From positions 1,029,121 to 1,093,120 of the forward strand of contig CP091723.1 of NCBI GenBank assembly GCA_022009775.1: 64,000 nucleotides of DNA, read 5' to 3'. Made by a program: the position numbers and the translations under genes. The notes below the pieces were generated by a model that was not told where the DNA came from, did no database searches, and saw nothing but the letters and a program-made list of their open reading frames with translations. Shown here piece by piece: positions 53,402 to 62,823 of this stretch (within the stretch, counting starts at the first letter, position 1; the number at the start of each line of letters is the position of its first letter). Source of the DNA: Christensenella sp. GTDB lineage: Bacteria > Bacillota > Clostridia > Christensenellales > CAG-917.

Positions 53402-54358
53402 ATGATGGAAATCAAAAGTCCCAAGATAACTTGCACGGAGAACGAAAGCAGAAACTATGCCAAGTTCGTCGTCGAGCCGCTTGAACGCGGATTCGGCACC
53501 ACTATCGGTAACTGCCTGCGTCGTATTCTTCTTTCCGCACTTCCGGGTGCTGCGGCTGTCGGCATCAAGATTGCGGGAGTAGATCACGAATTCTCCACAA
53601 TCAAGGGCGTAAAAGAGGAAGTGACTGAAATCATCCTCAACCTCAAAACTGTTCGTTTCAAAGCAATAAGCAGTCTCGAAACCGCCGGCAAGCAAGAGTG
53701 CAAACTCTATGCAAACACCGTCGGTGCTGTCACTGCAGGTGACATTCAATGCGCAACCGGCATCGAAGTCATGAATCCCGACCAAATCATCTGCACTTTG
53801 GACGAGGGCGCTGAGATTGATATGTCTATTTTTGTGGACTGCGGCAGAGGTTATGTCCCCGCAGCGCAAAACAAAGACCATCACGAACTCATCGGTTATA
53901 TTCCAATCGATTCTATTTACACACCCGTCGTAAGAGTCAACTATGCTGTTGAAAGCACTCGTGTCGAACAAAGCATCGATTTTGACAAACTTACGCTTGA
54001 AGTGACAACCGACGGTACGACTTCCGCAAAAGAAATCACGTCGCTTGCCGCAAAAATCATGAATGACCACATCAAACTTTTCGTCGATCTCGTCGAAAAT
54101 ATGGGCGACAAGTCCATTCTCGTCGAACCGCAGACCGACAGCAAAGTGAAAGTGCTCGAAATGTCCGTCGAAGATCTCGACCTTTCGGTGCGTTCATACA
54201 ACTGTTTGAAACGTGCAAACATTCACACAGTCGAAGATCTCACGAAGCGTACCGAAGACGATATGCTCAAAGTGAGAAACCTTGGCAGAAAATCACTCGA
54301 AGAAGTCGTCAAGAAACTCGAGGACCTTGGACTTGGTTTGAAAGCCCAAGAGGACTAA
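53402..54358 (+). CDS. rpoA: DNA-directed RNA polymerase subunit alpha
   Basis: MMEIKSPKITCTENESRNYAKFVVEPLERGFG…; ATG 53402 after ggagga RBS. Confidence 0.9.
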   Translation: MMEIKSPKITCTENESRNYAKFVVEPLERGFGTTIGNCLRRILLSALPGAAAVGIKIAGVDHEFSTIKGVKEEVTEIILNLKTVRFKAISSLETAGKQECKLYANTVGAVTAGDIQCATGIEVMNPDQIICTLDEGAEIDMSIFVDCGRGYVPAAQNKDHHELIGYIPIDSIYTPVVRVNYAVESTRVEQSIDFDKLTLEVTTDGTTSAKEITSLAAKIMNDHIKLFVDLVENMGDKSILVEPQTDSKVKVLEMSVEDLDLSVRSYNCLKRANIHTVEDLTKRTEDDMLKVRNLGRKSLEEVVKKLEDLGLGLKAQED

Positions 54359-54376
54359 GAGCACAGGAGGAACAAA

Positions 54377-54880
54377 ATGTCTAAATTAGGAAAACGCACA
54401 GACCAAAGAATGGCTATGCTCAAAAATCAGGTTTCCGAACTTCTCTGGTATGGTCAAATCGAAACGACGGTTGATCGTGCAAAAGCGGTAAGAAGCCTTG
54501 CTGAAAAATATATCACTATCGCAATGAGAGCCTATCAAGACGACGTGAAGGTCACAAAGACCGTCACCGATGCGAAGGGCGCAAAGAAAGAAGTCGTGTT
54601 CACCAACGACGGTGCGAAGAAACTCGCAGCTCGTCGTAGACTTATGGCTGAACTCGTGGACCTTCAAGAAATCAAGGGCGCAAAAGAGTCCAAGAGCGCG
54701 TACAAAGCACGCATCAAGGACACCAAGCATCCCCTTATCGAGAAGATGTTCAAAGAATATGCACCCAAGTACGACGCTCGCAAAAACGAACTCGGACAAG
54801 GTGGCGGTTACACCCGCATTCTCAAGACCGGCACACGTCGCGGTGACGCAGCAGAGACTTGCATCCTTAAATTGATCTAA
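54377..54880 (+). CDS. rplQ: 50S ribosomal protein L17
   Basis: MSKLGKRTDQRMAMLKNQVSELLWYGQIETT…. Confidence 0.95.
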   Translation: MSKLGKRTDQRMAMLKNQVSELLWYGQIETTVDRAKAVRSLAEKYITIAMRAYQDDVKVTKTVTDAKGAKKEVVFTNDGAKKLAARRRLMAELVDLQEIKGAKESKSAYKARIKDTKHPLIEKMFKEYAPKYDARKNELGQGGGYTRILKTGTRRGDAAETCILKLI

Positions 54881-54902
54881 TCGAAAGATTGACAACATTC
54901 GG

Positions 54903-54948
54903 AAAACGCCGAAGGATTTTATATCCGTTCGGCGTTTTTCATTTTTTT
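54903..54948 (+). terminator. rho-independent terminator after rplQ
   Basis: aacgccgaa / ttcggcgtt stem followed by tttttcattttttt. Confidence 0.55.
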
Positions 54949-54993
54949 GTATAGACGGTTGAAACGTTTCGGTGTTCGTTTTGTGGATAAAAA

Positions 54994-55731
54994 CTAATTA
55001 TCTTTGTTCGGCTTTTGCCAAAGATTGTTTCGTTCGGGGTGGTATATTGCACCGAGTATGCGCTGCTTTGCAAACGGAATGTCTTTGCAAATGGTTTTGA
55101 TAAGATTTTTCATATATTCGCGCTGTGAATGGTGGTTCATAGGACAAGGATTGTTGACGATGGGCAAATCAAGTCGTTTTACGGCACACTTTATGTCATA
55201 TTCTTCGAGATAAATAAAGGGGCGAATGAGCGTGACGTCCGAGCGTTCCATGTGTGCGGTCGGCGGAAAGCAAGAAAACCTGCCTTCGTAAAGCAATGAC
55301 AGCAGCATGGTTTCCGCAACGTCGTCCGCGTTGTGACCGAGCGCAAGTTTTCCGCCACCGAGTTTCGAGATTTCGTCGTTGAGCGCACCACGTCTCATTT
55401 TCGCACACAGCGAACACGGATTTGACTCTTTGCGTGCATCGAATATGATTTCCGCAATATCGGTTTTGACGAGATGGTGCACAACGTCAAGATTTTTGCA
55501 ATGCGCAATAAGGGCGTCGAGTTCTTCTTGTTTGGTGTCTTTCAATCCCATATCGACGGTTATTGCTTCAAGCGTGAATTTTTGCGGAGAAAAACGACGA
55601 TAAGCGGCAAGAGCGGTGAGCAACAACGTGCTGTCTTTTCCGCCCGAAAGTCCGACGAAAACTCTGTCCCCGTCCTGAATCATGTCGTAGTCTATGATTG
55701 CGCGTCTCATTGCGCTGAGAATTTTTTGCAT
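54994..55731 (-). CDS. ttcA: PP-loop ATPase, tRNA 2-thiocytidine biosynthesis TtcA-like
   Basis: SGGKDS PP-loop, PCSLCAKMRRG and NPCP cysteine motifs. ATG (rc) at 55729-55731 with ggggag RBS preferred over the longer ORF-track start. Confidence 0.6.
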   Translation of the reverse strand: MQKILSAMRRAIIDYDMIQDGDRVFVGLSGGKDSTLLLTALAAYRRFSPQKFTLEAITVDMGLKDTKQEELDALIAHCKNLDVVHHLVKTDIAEIIFDARKESNPCSLCAKMRRGALNDEISKLGGGKLALGHNADDVAETMLLSLLYEGRFSCFPPTAHMERSDVTLIRPFIYLEEYDIKCAVKRLDLPIVNNPCPMNHHSQREYMKNLIKTICKDIPFAKQRILGAIYHPERNNLWQKPNKDN

Positions 55732-55865
55732 AAAACGCTCCCCGATATGGCATATTATTGTGACAAAATTATAAATAAATCGCACGGGATTTGCAAGCGT
55801 ATCCGTCAAATCGCCTTGACATAAATCTCGCCGTCACTTATACTTTGTATGAAAGCGGAGTCTAT

Positions 55866-56705
55866 ATGATACAAGACCTTATCAATCAAATCAGCAATGC
55901 AATAGGCAATCCCTATCTGACGCTCTACGTGATTTCGATTATACCCATAGTCGAATTGCGCGGGGCTATTTTGACGATGCCGTATATGTTCGACACGATA
56001 GGTGAAATGATGCTGGGAATGCTTTGCTGCATAGCCGGCTCGACCACGGTCATATTGCCGCTTATTTTGATAACGAGACCGCTTCTTCGCAAACTTCGCC
56101 GTTCTAAATGGTTTTCAAAAATCGCAAAAAACATGGAAGCGAACATACAGGACAGGGCGGAAAGTGCCTATAATGCCGAAGAAATTGCGAAAAAAGAAGA
56201 GAAACGCAAACCGCGCAAACCGCTTTCTACGGACGCAAAGAAGTTTTTCGGGCTCTTCATATTCGTTGCGATACCGCTTCCTATGACGGGCGCATGGACG
56301 GGTTCGTGCGTGGGCAGTTTTCTCGATTTCCCCGTGTGGAAAGCGTCTCTTGCCGTGTTTTTAGGCAATATAATCGCAGGACTTATTCTCACGATGATTG
56401 CGTGGTTCATTCCGCAGCAATACGCCGACGTGTTTCTTTACGGATTTGTGATTCTTGCAATCGCAATCGCCGTGACATTGTATTTCACGCGCAACAAACG
56501 CAAAGAACGCAAGGAGAGAGAAGAACTCGAAAAATACCACAACAAGAGCGAATACGAACTCGCCGTGCTCAAAAAAGAAGCCGCCGAAGACGGAAAAGTG
56601 CTTATAAAAAAAGAATACGTCGACGAAAACGGCGATACGCACATCGTCATCGGCAAAGACGAAAAACGAAACAAAAACGTCGTCGACAAAGACGACCCCA
56701 TTTGA
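55866..56705 (+). CDS. small multidrug-export-like membrane protein (COG2426-type) with ~95-aa K/E-rich C-terminal tail
   Basis: MIQDLINQISNAIGNPYLTLYVISIIPIVELRGAIL…, four TM segments, then RNKRKERKEREELEKYHNKSEYE…. Confidence 0.5.
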   Translation: MIQDLINQISNAIGNPYLTLYVISIIPIVELRGAILTMPYMFDTIGEMMLGMLCCIAGSTTVILPLILITRPLLRKLRRSKWFSKIAKNMEANIQDRAESAYNAEEIAKKEEKRKPRKPLSTDAKKFFGLFIFVAIPLPMTGAWTGSCVGSFLDFPVWKASLAVFLGNIIAGLILTMIAWFIPQQYADVFLYGFVILAIAIAVTLYFTRNKRKERKEREELEKYHNKSEYELAVLKKEAAEDGKVLIKKEYVDENGDTHIVIGKDEKRNKNVVDKDDPI

Positions 56706-56809
56706 TTATGCCGCTTTTCAATGACACAACCATTTGATAATAAACGGTTGTGTTTTTCATTGATAGGTTGTATAATATGGGCGAAATAAAATTTTGGGAG
56801 GCAAATACA

Positions 56810-57739
56810 ATGCCATTAGTAACTACAACCGAAATGTTCAAAAAAGCGTATGCAGGCGGTTATGCAATCGGTGCATTCAACGTCAACAACATGGAAATCA
56901 TCCAAGGTATCGTTGAAGCGGCAACCGAAGAACAAGCCCCGCTCATTCTTCAAGTGTCTTCCGGCGCAAGAAAGTACGCAAACACCACTTATCTCACAAA
57001 GATGGTTGAAGCAGCGGTGGAAACCAGCGGTCTTCCTATCTGCTTGCACCTTGACCACGGCGACAGTTTTGCACTCTGCAAAGACTGTGTGGACAGCGGT
57101 TTCACTTCCGTCATGATCGACGCAAGCGCACATCCGTTCGCAGAAAATATCAGCATCACAAAGCAAGTTGTTGAATACGCACACGACCACGGCGTAGTTG
57201 TCGAGGCAGAACTCGGCAAACTCGCAGGCATCGAAGACGCAGTCAACGTTTCCGCAAAAGACGCAGCGTTCACCGATCCCGATCAAGTTCAGGAATTCGT
57301 CGAAAAGACCGGTGTCGACTCTCTTGCAATCGCAATCGGCACGTCCCACGGCGCATACAAGTTCAAAGGTCAACCCCAACTTCGTTTCGACATCCTTGAA
57401 GAAGTCGGCAGACGTCTTCCCGGATTCCCGATCGTTCTTCACGGCGCATCTTCCGTCCCGCAAGAACTCGTTGCAAAGGTCAATCAATACGGTGGCAGCA
57501 TGCCCGGCGCACAAGGCGTCCCCGAAGACATGCTCCGCAAAGCAGCGTCCATGGCAGTCTGCAAGATCAACATCGACTCCGACTTGCGTCTCGCAGTCAC
57601 CGGCGCAATCCGCGAACACTTCGCACTCAATCCGTCTCACTTCGATCCGCGTCAATATCTCGGACCGGCAAGAGATGCGGTGAGAGAAGTCGTTAAGCAT
57701 AAGATTGTGGATGTTCTTGGTTGCGACCACAAAGCATAA
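56810..57739 (+). CDS. fba: class II fructose-bisphosphate aldolase
   Basis: MPLVTTTEMFKKAYAGGYAIGAFNVNNMEI…HLDHG…; ATG 56810. Confidence 0.9.
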   Translation: MPLVTTTEMFKKAYAGGYAIGAFNVNNMEIIQGIVEAATEEQAPLILQVSSGARKYANTTYLTKMVEAAVETSGLPICLHLDHGDSFALCKDCVDSGFTSVMIDASAHPFAENISITKQVVEYAHDHGVVVEAELGKLAGIEDAVNVSAKDAAFTDPDQVQEFVEKTGVDSLAIAIGTSHGAYKFKGQPQLRFDILEEVGRRLPGFPIVLHGASSVPQELVAKVNQYGGSMPGAQGVPEDMLRKAASMAVCKINIDSDLRLAVTGAIREHFALNPSHFDPRQYLGPARDAVREVVKHKIVDVLGCDHKA

Positions 57740-57859
57740 GCCGTCAAATAGCGAATAACTTCGGCAACACCCCATATTCATCAACTCATGTACGTAAGTA
57801 CATTAGGGTTGCTGAATATGGGGTGTTTTCTTGTTCTTCATCTATTTGACGGCTTATGC
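57734..57859. repeat. 126-bp near-perfect palindromic element (MITE/ERIC-like or long RNA hairpin) overlapping the fba stop codon
   Basis: Perfect 18-bp arms gcataagccgtcaaatag (57734-57751) / ctatttgacggcttatgc (57842-57859). Inner perfect 15-bp helix aacaccccatattca (57766-57780) / tgaatatggggtgtt (57813-57827). Apical hairpin atgtac-gtaa-gtacat. Confidence 0.7.
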
Positions 57860-57882
57860 TAACCTACAAGACATTAGGCGAT

Positions 57883-57900
57883 GCCCCAAGGGGCTTTTCC
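57883..57900 (+). terminator. rho-independent terminator downstream of fba
   Basis: gcccc-aa-ggggc followed by ttttcc. Confidence 0.45.
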
Positions 57901-58116
57901 TTGTTCTTCATCTGCTTTGTGGCGTTAGTTATATATAATAAGTTGAATATGGAGAAAAACATTCCGTCAATAAGTACGCTTCGAATAAGTTTTCTTTCGG
58001 GCGCAACCGAAAAAATTTGTCATTGCGAACGTAAGTGTGGCAATCTCGCGGAAGCGAAATGTCAAACATTAATGCGCTCGTATAGAAATTATTCATCGTT
58101 AATTATTATTAATTGA

Positions 58117-58145
58117 AAAGCCACGGCACGAATTGCCGTGGCTTT
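58117..58145. terminator. bidirectional terminator (serves the minus-strand aminopeptidase gene)
   Basis: aaagccacggc-acgaatt-gccgtggcttt. Confidence 0.55.
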
Positions 58146-58150
58146 GAAAG

Positions 58151-59269
58151 TTACATAAGATTTTCGGGATTTAAGCCAAAGAGTTCGGGAAGGACAAATC
58201 GTCCGTCCTTGCGCACAAGAACGTCGTCAAACCAAATTTCGCCGCCTCCAAACTCGGGTGTTTGACAGAGAACCAAATCCCAGTGGACTGCGCTCTTATT
58301 GCCGTTTGGCGCGTCGTCATAGCAACAACCGGGGGTGAAGTGGAACGAGCCGCTTATCTTCTCGTCAAAGAGAATATCGCCGATTGCTTTTGTGACATAG
58401 GGGTTGACGCCGAGAGCAAATTCGCCGACATATCTTGCGCCTTCATCGGTGTCGAAAAGGGCGTTGGCTTTGTCGGAGTTGTTGGCGGTTGCTTTGATGA
58501 TTTTGCCGTCCTTGAATTCAAGGCGCACGTTTTCAAAACGGAATCCGTTTTCGATGGACGGCACGTTGTAACTTATCACGCCGTTGACGCTGTCCTTGAC
58601 GGGAGCGGTGTAGACTTCGCCGTCGGGGATGTTGCAAGCCCCGTCGCATTTGATTGCAGGTATCCCTTTTATAGAGAAGGTCAAATCGGTGTCTTTTGCA
58701 AGAATCCGCACTTTATCCGTCTTATTCATCAGATCAACCAGCGGATTCATCGCATCGCTCATCTTTTTATAGTCAAGACAGCACACCTTGAAGAAGTAGT
58801 CTTCAAAGGCTTCGGTGCTCATGCCGGCGAGCTGGCTCATTGCGGGTGTGGGGTAGCGCAAAATCACCCAACGAGTGTGCGCCACGCGCCTGTCGCTGTG
58901 CACGGGGATGCCGTATCGCTTGTCGTATTCTTGCATAATGCTTTCGGGTACGTCGGACAATTCATAACTGTTGTCGCCGCCGCGTATGCCGATGTAGCAG
59001 TCCATTTTGTCCATAAAATCGGCGTCGCGTTTTGCCCACATATCCAGCATTTCGGGCGTTGCTCCCGTCAAGATCTCGCGCTCGAGTCGCTTGTCGATGA
59101 CGTTGAGAAATGGGATACCGCCCACTTTGTACACTTCGCGAATGATGCAAGCAGGCAATTGCTCGCCGCAACCGATCGCGTCAATCCACACCTTGTCGCC
59201 TTTGCCGACGTGGATGGAGTAGTTGACGAGATTTTCAGCCAATTTTTGTTGTCTTTCATCGATAATCAT
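58151..59269 (-). CDS. M29-family aminopeptidase (AmpS/PepS-like)
   Basis: MIIDERQQKLAENLVNYSIHVGKGDKVWIDAIG… and overall M29 layout; start ATG (rc) at 59267-59269. Confidence 0.65.
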   Translation of the reverse strand: MIIDERQQKLAENLVNYSIHVGKGDKVWIDAIGCGEQLPACIIREVYKVGGIPFLNVIDKRLEREILTGATPEMLDMWAKRDADFMDKMDCYIGIRGGDNSYELSDVPESIMQEYDKRYGIPVHSDRRVAHTRWVILRYPTPAMSQLAGMSTEAFEDYFFKVCCLDYKKMSDAMNPLVDLMNKTDKVRILAKDTDLTFSIKGIPAIKCDGACNIPDGEVYTAPVKDSVNGVISYNVPSIENGFRFENVRLEFKDGKIIKATANNSDKANALFDTDEGARYVGEFALGVNPYVTKAIGDILFDEKISGSFHFTPGCCYDDAPNGNKSAVHWDLVLCQTPEFGGGEIWFDDVLVRKDGRFVLPELFGLNPENLM

Positions 59270-59470
59270 ATCGTTCACCTTCAAAAGTTTGTTGAATCTA
59301 TTATACCACAAAATCTCGCCAAGTAAAACAAAAGTCGCCCCTGCGAGCGACTTTATGTGTGAAATGCGGCGAGCCATTTTTTATTTATTGTTTGGCGATA
59401 TTCAAATATGTTGCTTTTTGGCTGGGGTGTGGTATAATTGTGTCAATCAACTCATAAGGATGGATTTTCT

Positions 59471-60832
59471 ATGGAACTCACCTACAAAAGACAAAACGCA
59501 TACGCTTTGGCTGATGAGAAAGAACTCAACGCCATCAGCGATTATGCACAAGGCTACAAAAAGTTTCTCGATAACGGAAAAACCGAGAGAGAAGTCGTGG
59601 CGGAATCCGTCGAAATAGTCGAAAAAGCGGGTTATAAGCCCTACGTGCTCGGTGACAAAATCAGCGCCGGTGACAAACTCTATTACAACAATCGCGGCAA
59701 AGGCTTGTTTATTTTGAGAGCGGGCAAGGCGGACCTTGCAAAGAATGGCGTTCGCATTCTCGTTGCGCACGTAGATAGCCCGAGACTCGATCTCAAACAA
59801 GTTCCGCTTTTTGAAAAGTCAGGTCTTGCATATCTCAAGACGCACTATTACGGCGGCATTAAGAAGTATCAATGGCTCACCATTCCGCTTGCGCTTCACG
59901 GCGTAATCGCGCTCAAAGACGGAAGCAAAGTCACCGTCAGGGTGGGCGAAGAAGAGTCCGATCCCGTGTTCTACATCACAGACCTTCTTCCGCACCTTTC
60001 TCAAGAACAGGTCACGAAGACCATTGCGGAAGGTTTCCCCGCGGAAAATCTCAATCTTCTCGTCGGCGGCATTCCTGTCAAAGACGACGACAAGGACGCA
60101 GTGAAGAAGGGCGTGCTTGAAATTCTCAATGAGAAATACGGCGTGACCGAAGAAGACTTTATCTCCGCAGAACTCGAAGCAGTGCCGGCAGTCAAAGCAA
60201 AAGACGTTGGATTTGACAGAGCGTTTGTCGCAAGCTACGGCCATGACGACAGAGTGTGCACCTATCCCGAAATCACCGCAACTCTTCAAACCGAAACCGA
60301 CCAAACCGTGCTTTGCATCCTTGCCGACAAAGAAGAGATCGGCAGCGAAGGCAACACCGGCATGCAATGCGTGCTTATCAACGACCTTCTCAACGAAATC
60401 GCGAAGAGTTATGGCGTAAATCCGTCCGTGCTCCGTGAACATTCCAAGTGCATTTCGGCGGACGTCACTGCAGGCTACGATCCGGCATACGCATCCGCTT
60501 TTGAAGAGATGAATGCAGGCTTTGTCAACAGCGGCGTGACCATGAACAAATTTACCGGCGCACGCGGCAAGTCCGGCAGCAACGACGCAAGCGCGGAATA
60601 CATCGGATATTTGCGTGGCGTTTTTGCAAAAGAGAACATCGTTTGGCAAACCGGTGAACTTGGAAGAGTGGATCTCGGCGGCGGCGGAACTGTTGCAAAA
60701 TTCATCGCCAAGATGAACATCGACACCGTTGATATGGGCGTACCCGTGCTCTCCATGCACGCTCCGTACGAACTCATTTCCAAGGCGGATTTGTACACGG
60801 CGCACAAAGCGTTCAGCGCATTCGTCAAATAA
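59471..60832 (+). CDS. M18-family aminopeptidase
   Basis: LVAHVDSPRLDLK motif, C-terminal DLGGGGTVAKF…LSMHAPYE. ATG 59471 after aaggatgg; -10 tataat 59434-59439. Confidence 0.7.
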   Translation: MELTYKRQNAYALADEKELNAISDYAQGYKKFLDNGKTEREVVAESVEIVEKAGYKPYVLGDKISAGDKLYYNNRGKGLFILRAGKADLAKNGVRILVAHVDSPRLDLKQVPLFEKSGLAYLKTHYYGGIKKYQWLTIPLALHGVIALKDGSKVTVRVGEEESDPVFYITDLLPHLSQEQVTKTIAEGFPAENLNLLVGGIPVKDDDKDAVKKGVLEILNEKYGVTEEDFISAELEAVPAVKAKDVGFDRAFVASYGHDDRVCTYPEITATLQTETDQTVLCILADKEEIGSEGNTGMQCVLINDLLNEIAKSYGVNPSVLREHSKCISADVTAGYDPAYASAFEEMNAGFVNSGVTMNKFTGARGKSGSNDASAEYIGYLRGVFAKENIVWQTGELGRVDLGGGGTVAKFIAKMNIDTVDMGVPVLSMHAPYELISKADLYTAHKAFSAFVK

Positions 60833-60887
60833 AAACGGAGCAAAACAAGCGGCAAATGTTGCCGAATGAAAACAACATCGCACAAGA

Positions 60888-60917
60888 AAAAGACTTGCAA
60901 ATCGCAAGTCTTTTTTT
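60888..60917. terminator. bidirectional terminator between convergent M18 peptidase genes
   Basis: aagacttgc-aaatc-gcaagtctt followed by tttttttg. Confidence 0.55.
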
Positions 60918-61000
60918 GATGTTAGATTTTTGTGCAAAAATAGCAATAAATGTGTTTTATATGCTCAAATCGTGCGGATAAAACGTTGATTTGCGCAAAA

Positions 61001-62242
61001 TCAGTCTATTGTCACCGTGCTGCCGTTTCTTGAAAATTTCGTCTCGAAAAACGCTTTGACGCAGTCGTGCATTTTGTCGATGTCTTTCGCGCCCACCGTT
61101 TCCACAGCCGAGTGCATAGCAAGTTGTGCAAGACCTATATCCGCCGCGTTCATAGACAAGTTTGCGCTTGTCATAAGCCCGATCGTGCCGCCGCAACGCA
61201 CGTCGGAGTGGTTGCAGTAGTCTTGACGTTCAACGCCCGCTTTGTCAATGATTGTCTTGACGATTGCGCTTGACAGCCCGTCCGTTGCGTAGTTGACATG
61301 GTGCTTGATCACGATGCCTTTGTTGAGGTACACTCTCTGTTTTGGATCCATTTTTTCGGGGAAGGCAGGGTGTATAGCGTGGGCGTTGTCGATTGAAAGA
61401 ATAAAACCGTTTTCACATGCGGACACAAAGTCGTCTTCGTCCTTGCCGAGCGCGCGGGTTATCTTTCTCAGCACGCGTTCAAGAAGTGCGGAGTTCGCGC
61501 CTTGTTTCGTTTCGCTTCCGATTTCTTCATTGTCGAAACAGCATGCGATAGCAATATTTTTCGGCGTGCAATCGCAAAGAGCAAGCAGAGAAGTGTATAC
61601 GCTTGTCAAATTGTCTATGCGCGGTGATGAAATAAATTCTCCGTTTGCGCCGTTCTTGTACGCTTCGGTGGCAGGCACGACGTAAAGGTCTGCGTCAACC
61701 ACGTTCTCGCTCGTGAGTGTGGAATACACGTCCTTGGCATCGCCCAAAAGCGGCAACATATCCTTTTGCACGCTTACGGAGAATCCGTCGTTGACTGTGG
61801 GGTTGTGGTGTATCGCAAGGGACGGTATCGTGACGAAGTAGTCGCTTTCGACCACTTTTTGAACGAGTTTGCCGTCGTGCTCTTCGATGATTCTGCCTGC
61901 GATTTTGAGCGGCGCGTCGATAAAAGAGTAAAGAATAAGTCCGCCGTATTTTTCCACGTTCACGCGCTTGCCTTCGCACGAGTCGACGAGTTCGTTGCCC
62001 TTGACGTGCAAAGACGGCGAGTCAGTGTGGCTTCCTGCAATGTTGAAGGCAAAATTGTCGCCCACAACAAACGCTATCACGCAAGATCCGTTCTTGGTGA
62101 CGTAATATTTTCCGCCTTTTTGAAGTTTCCACGCATCCGCAAGATTAAGCTCGCAAAATCCGTGCTTTTCAAGAATGAAAACGCTGTGTCTCACCGCATG
62201 GTACGCCGTGTATGATTTTGACAAAAAACTGCAAATATCCAT
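61001..62242 (-). CDS. M18-family aminopeptidase (second, divergent paralogue)
   Basis: IAGSHTDSPSLHVK, VRCGGTIGLM, LAMHS motifs; 413 aa. Confidence 0.7.
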   Translation of the reverse strand: MDICSFLSKSYTAYHAVRHSVFILEKHGFCELNLADAWKLQKGGKYYVTKNGSCVIAFVVGDNFAFNIAGSHTDSPSLHVKGNELVDSCEGKRVNVEKYGGLILYSFIDAPLKIAGRIIEEHDGKLVQKVVESDYFVTIPSLAIHHNPTVNDGFSVSVQKDMLPLLGDAKDVYSTLTSENVVDADLYVVPATEAYKNGANGEFISSPRIDNLTSVYTSLLALCDCTPKNIAIACCFDNEEIGSETKQGANSALLERVLRKITRALGKDEDDFVSACENGFILSIDNAHAIHPAFPEKMDPKQRVYLNKGIVIKHHVNYATDGLSSAIVKTIIDKAGVERQDYCNHSDVRCGGTIGLMTSANLSMNAADIGLAQLAMHSAVETVGAKDIDKMHDCVKAFFETKFSRNGSTVTID

Positions 62243-62354
62243 AAATATCGGTCCTTGTTGAGTGTTATGTTATAATAATAATCCGTATTAAAGATAAAAT
62301 CAAGCACGAAACGCCACGAAAATCCGCGACCTTGAAACAACGAGATAAAATTTG

Positions 62355-62383
62355 TTGCAAAATACCGAAAAGTGTACTATAAT
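62355..62383 (+). promoter_or_regulatory. sigma70-type promoter upstream of tRNA-Ser
   Basis: TTGCAA 62355-62360, 17-nt spacer, TATAAT 62378-62383. Confidence 0.45.
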
Positions 62384-62516
62384 AACCGAGCAATATATGT
62401 TGAACGCGTGTCAACGCAACACATAAATAACTTGGAAGTGTATCGAAGTGGTCGTGGCAACACGCACGGCGTGCCATTATGCCCACCTCGCAACACATAA
62501 AACGACAAACCTATTT

Positions 62517-62607
62517 GGAAGTGTATCGAAGTGGTCATAACGGCCCGCACTCGAAATGCGGTAACGGGGTAACTCGTTCGTGGGTTCGAATCCCACCGCT
62601 TCCGCCA
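62517..62607 (+). tRNA. tRNA-Ser (anticodon CGA), class II with long variable arm
   Basis: Acceptor GGAAGTG/CGCTTCC, anticodon stem CCGCA/TGCGG with loop CTCGAAA, variable arm ~18 nt, T-arm GTGGG-TTCGAAT-CCCAC, discriminator G, CCA. Confidence 0.85.
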
Positions 62608-62616
62608 TTAGTGAAT

Positions 62617-62660
62617 AATACGAACCCTGACGATAAGTTAGAGTTCGTATTGTTCTTTTC
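62617..62660 (+). terminator. terminator after tRNA-Ser
   Basis: aatacgaac…gttcgtatt stem followed by gttctttt. Confidence 0.5.
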
Positions 62661-62823
62661 TAACGAATATTTCGGCATAAAAGTCGATTTGAACGGCAAA
62701 AAGAAGAATCAGCCGGGCGTTTAATCGCCCGCCAAAGTGTCTTGAAGTTTTTCAAGAATTCTACGTTCGCAAACTCAATAGCGGTTGAAAAATTTTAAGA
62801 AGTGTGCTATAATATAAAAAAAT

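Noticed and set aside
57734-57859. Interpreting the 126-bp palindrome as the fba intrinsic terminator
   Set aside because: No U-tract follows it, and a canonical GC-stem plus T-run terminator lies 25 bp downstream.
62444-62516. Second tRNA upstream of tRNA-Ser
   Set aside because: Only the first 22 nt match tRNA-Ser; no T-arm, anticodon arm or acceptor complement. It is a partial duplicate.
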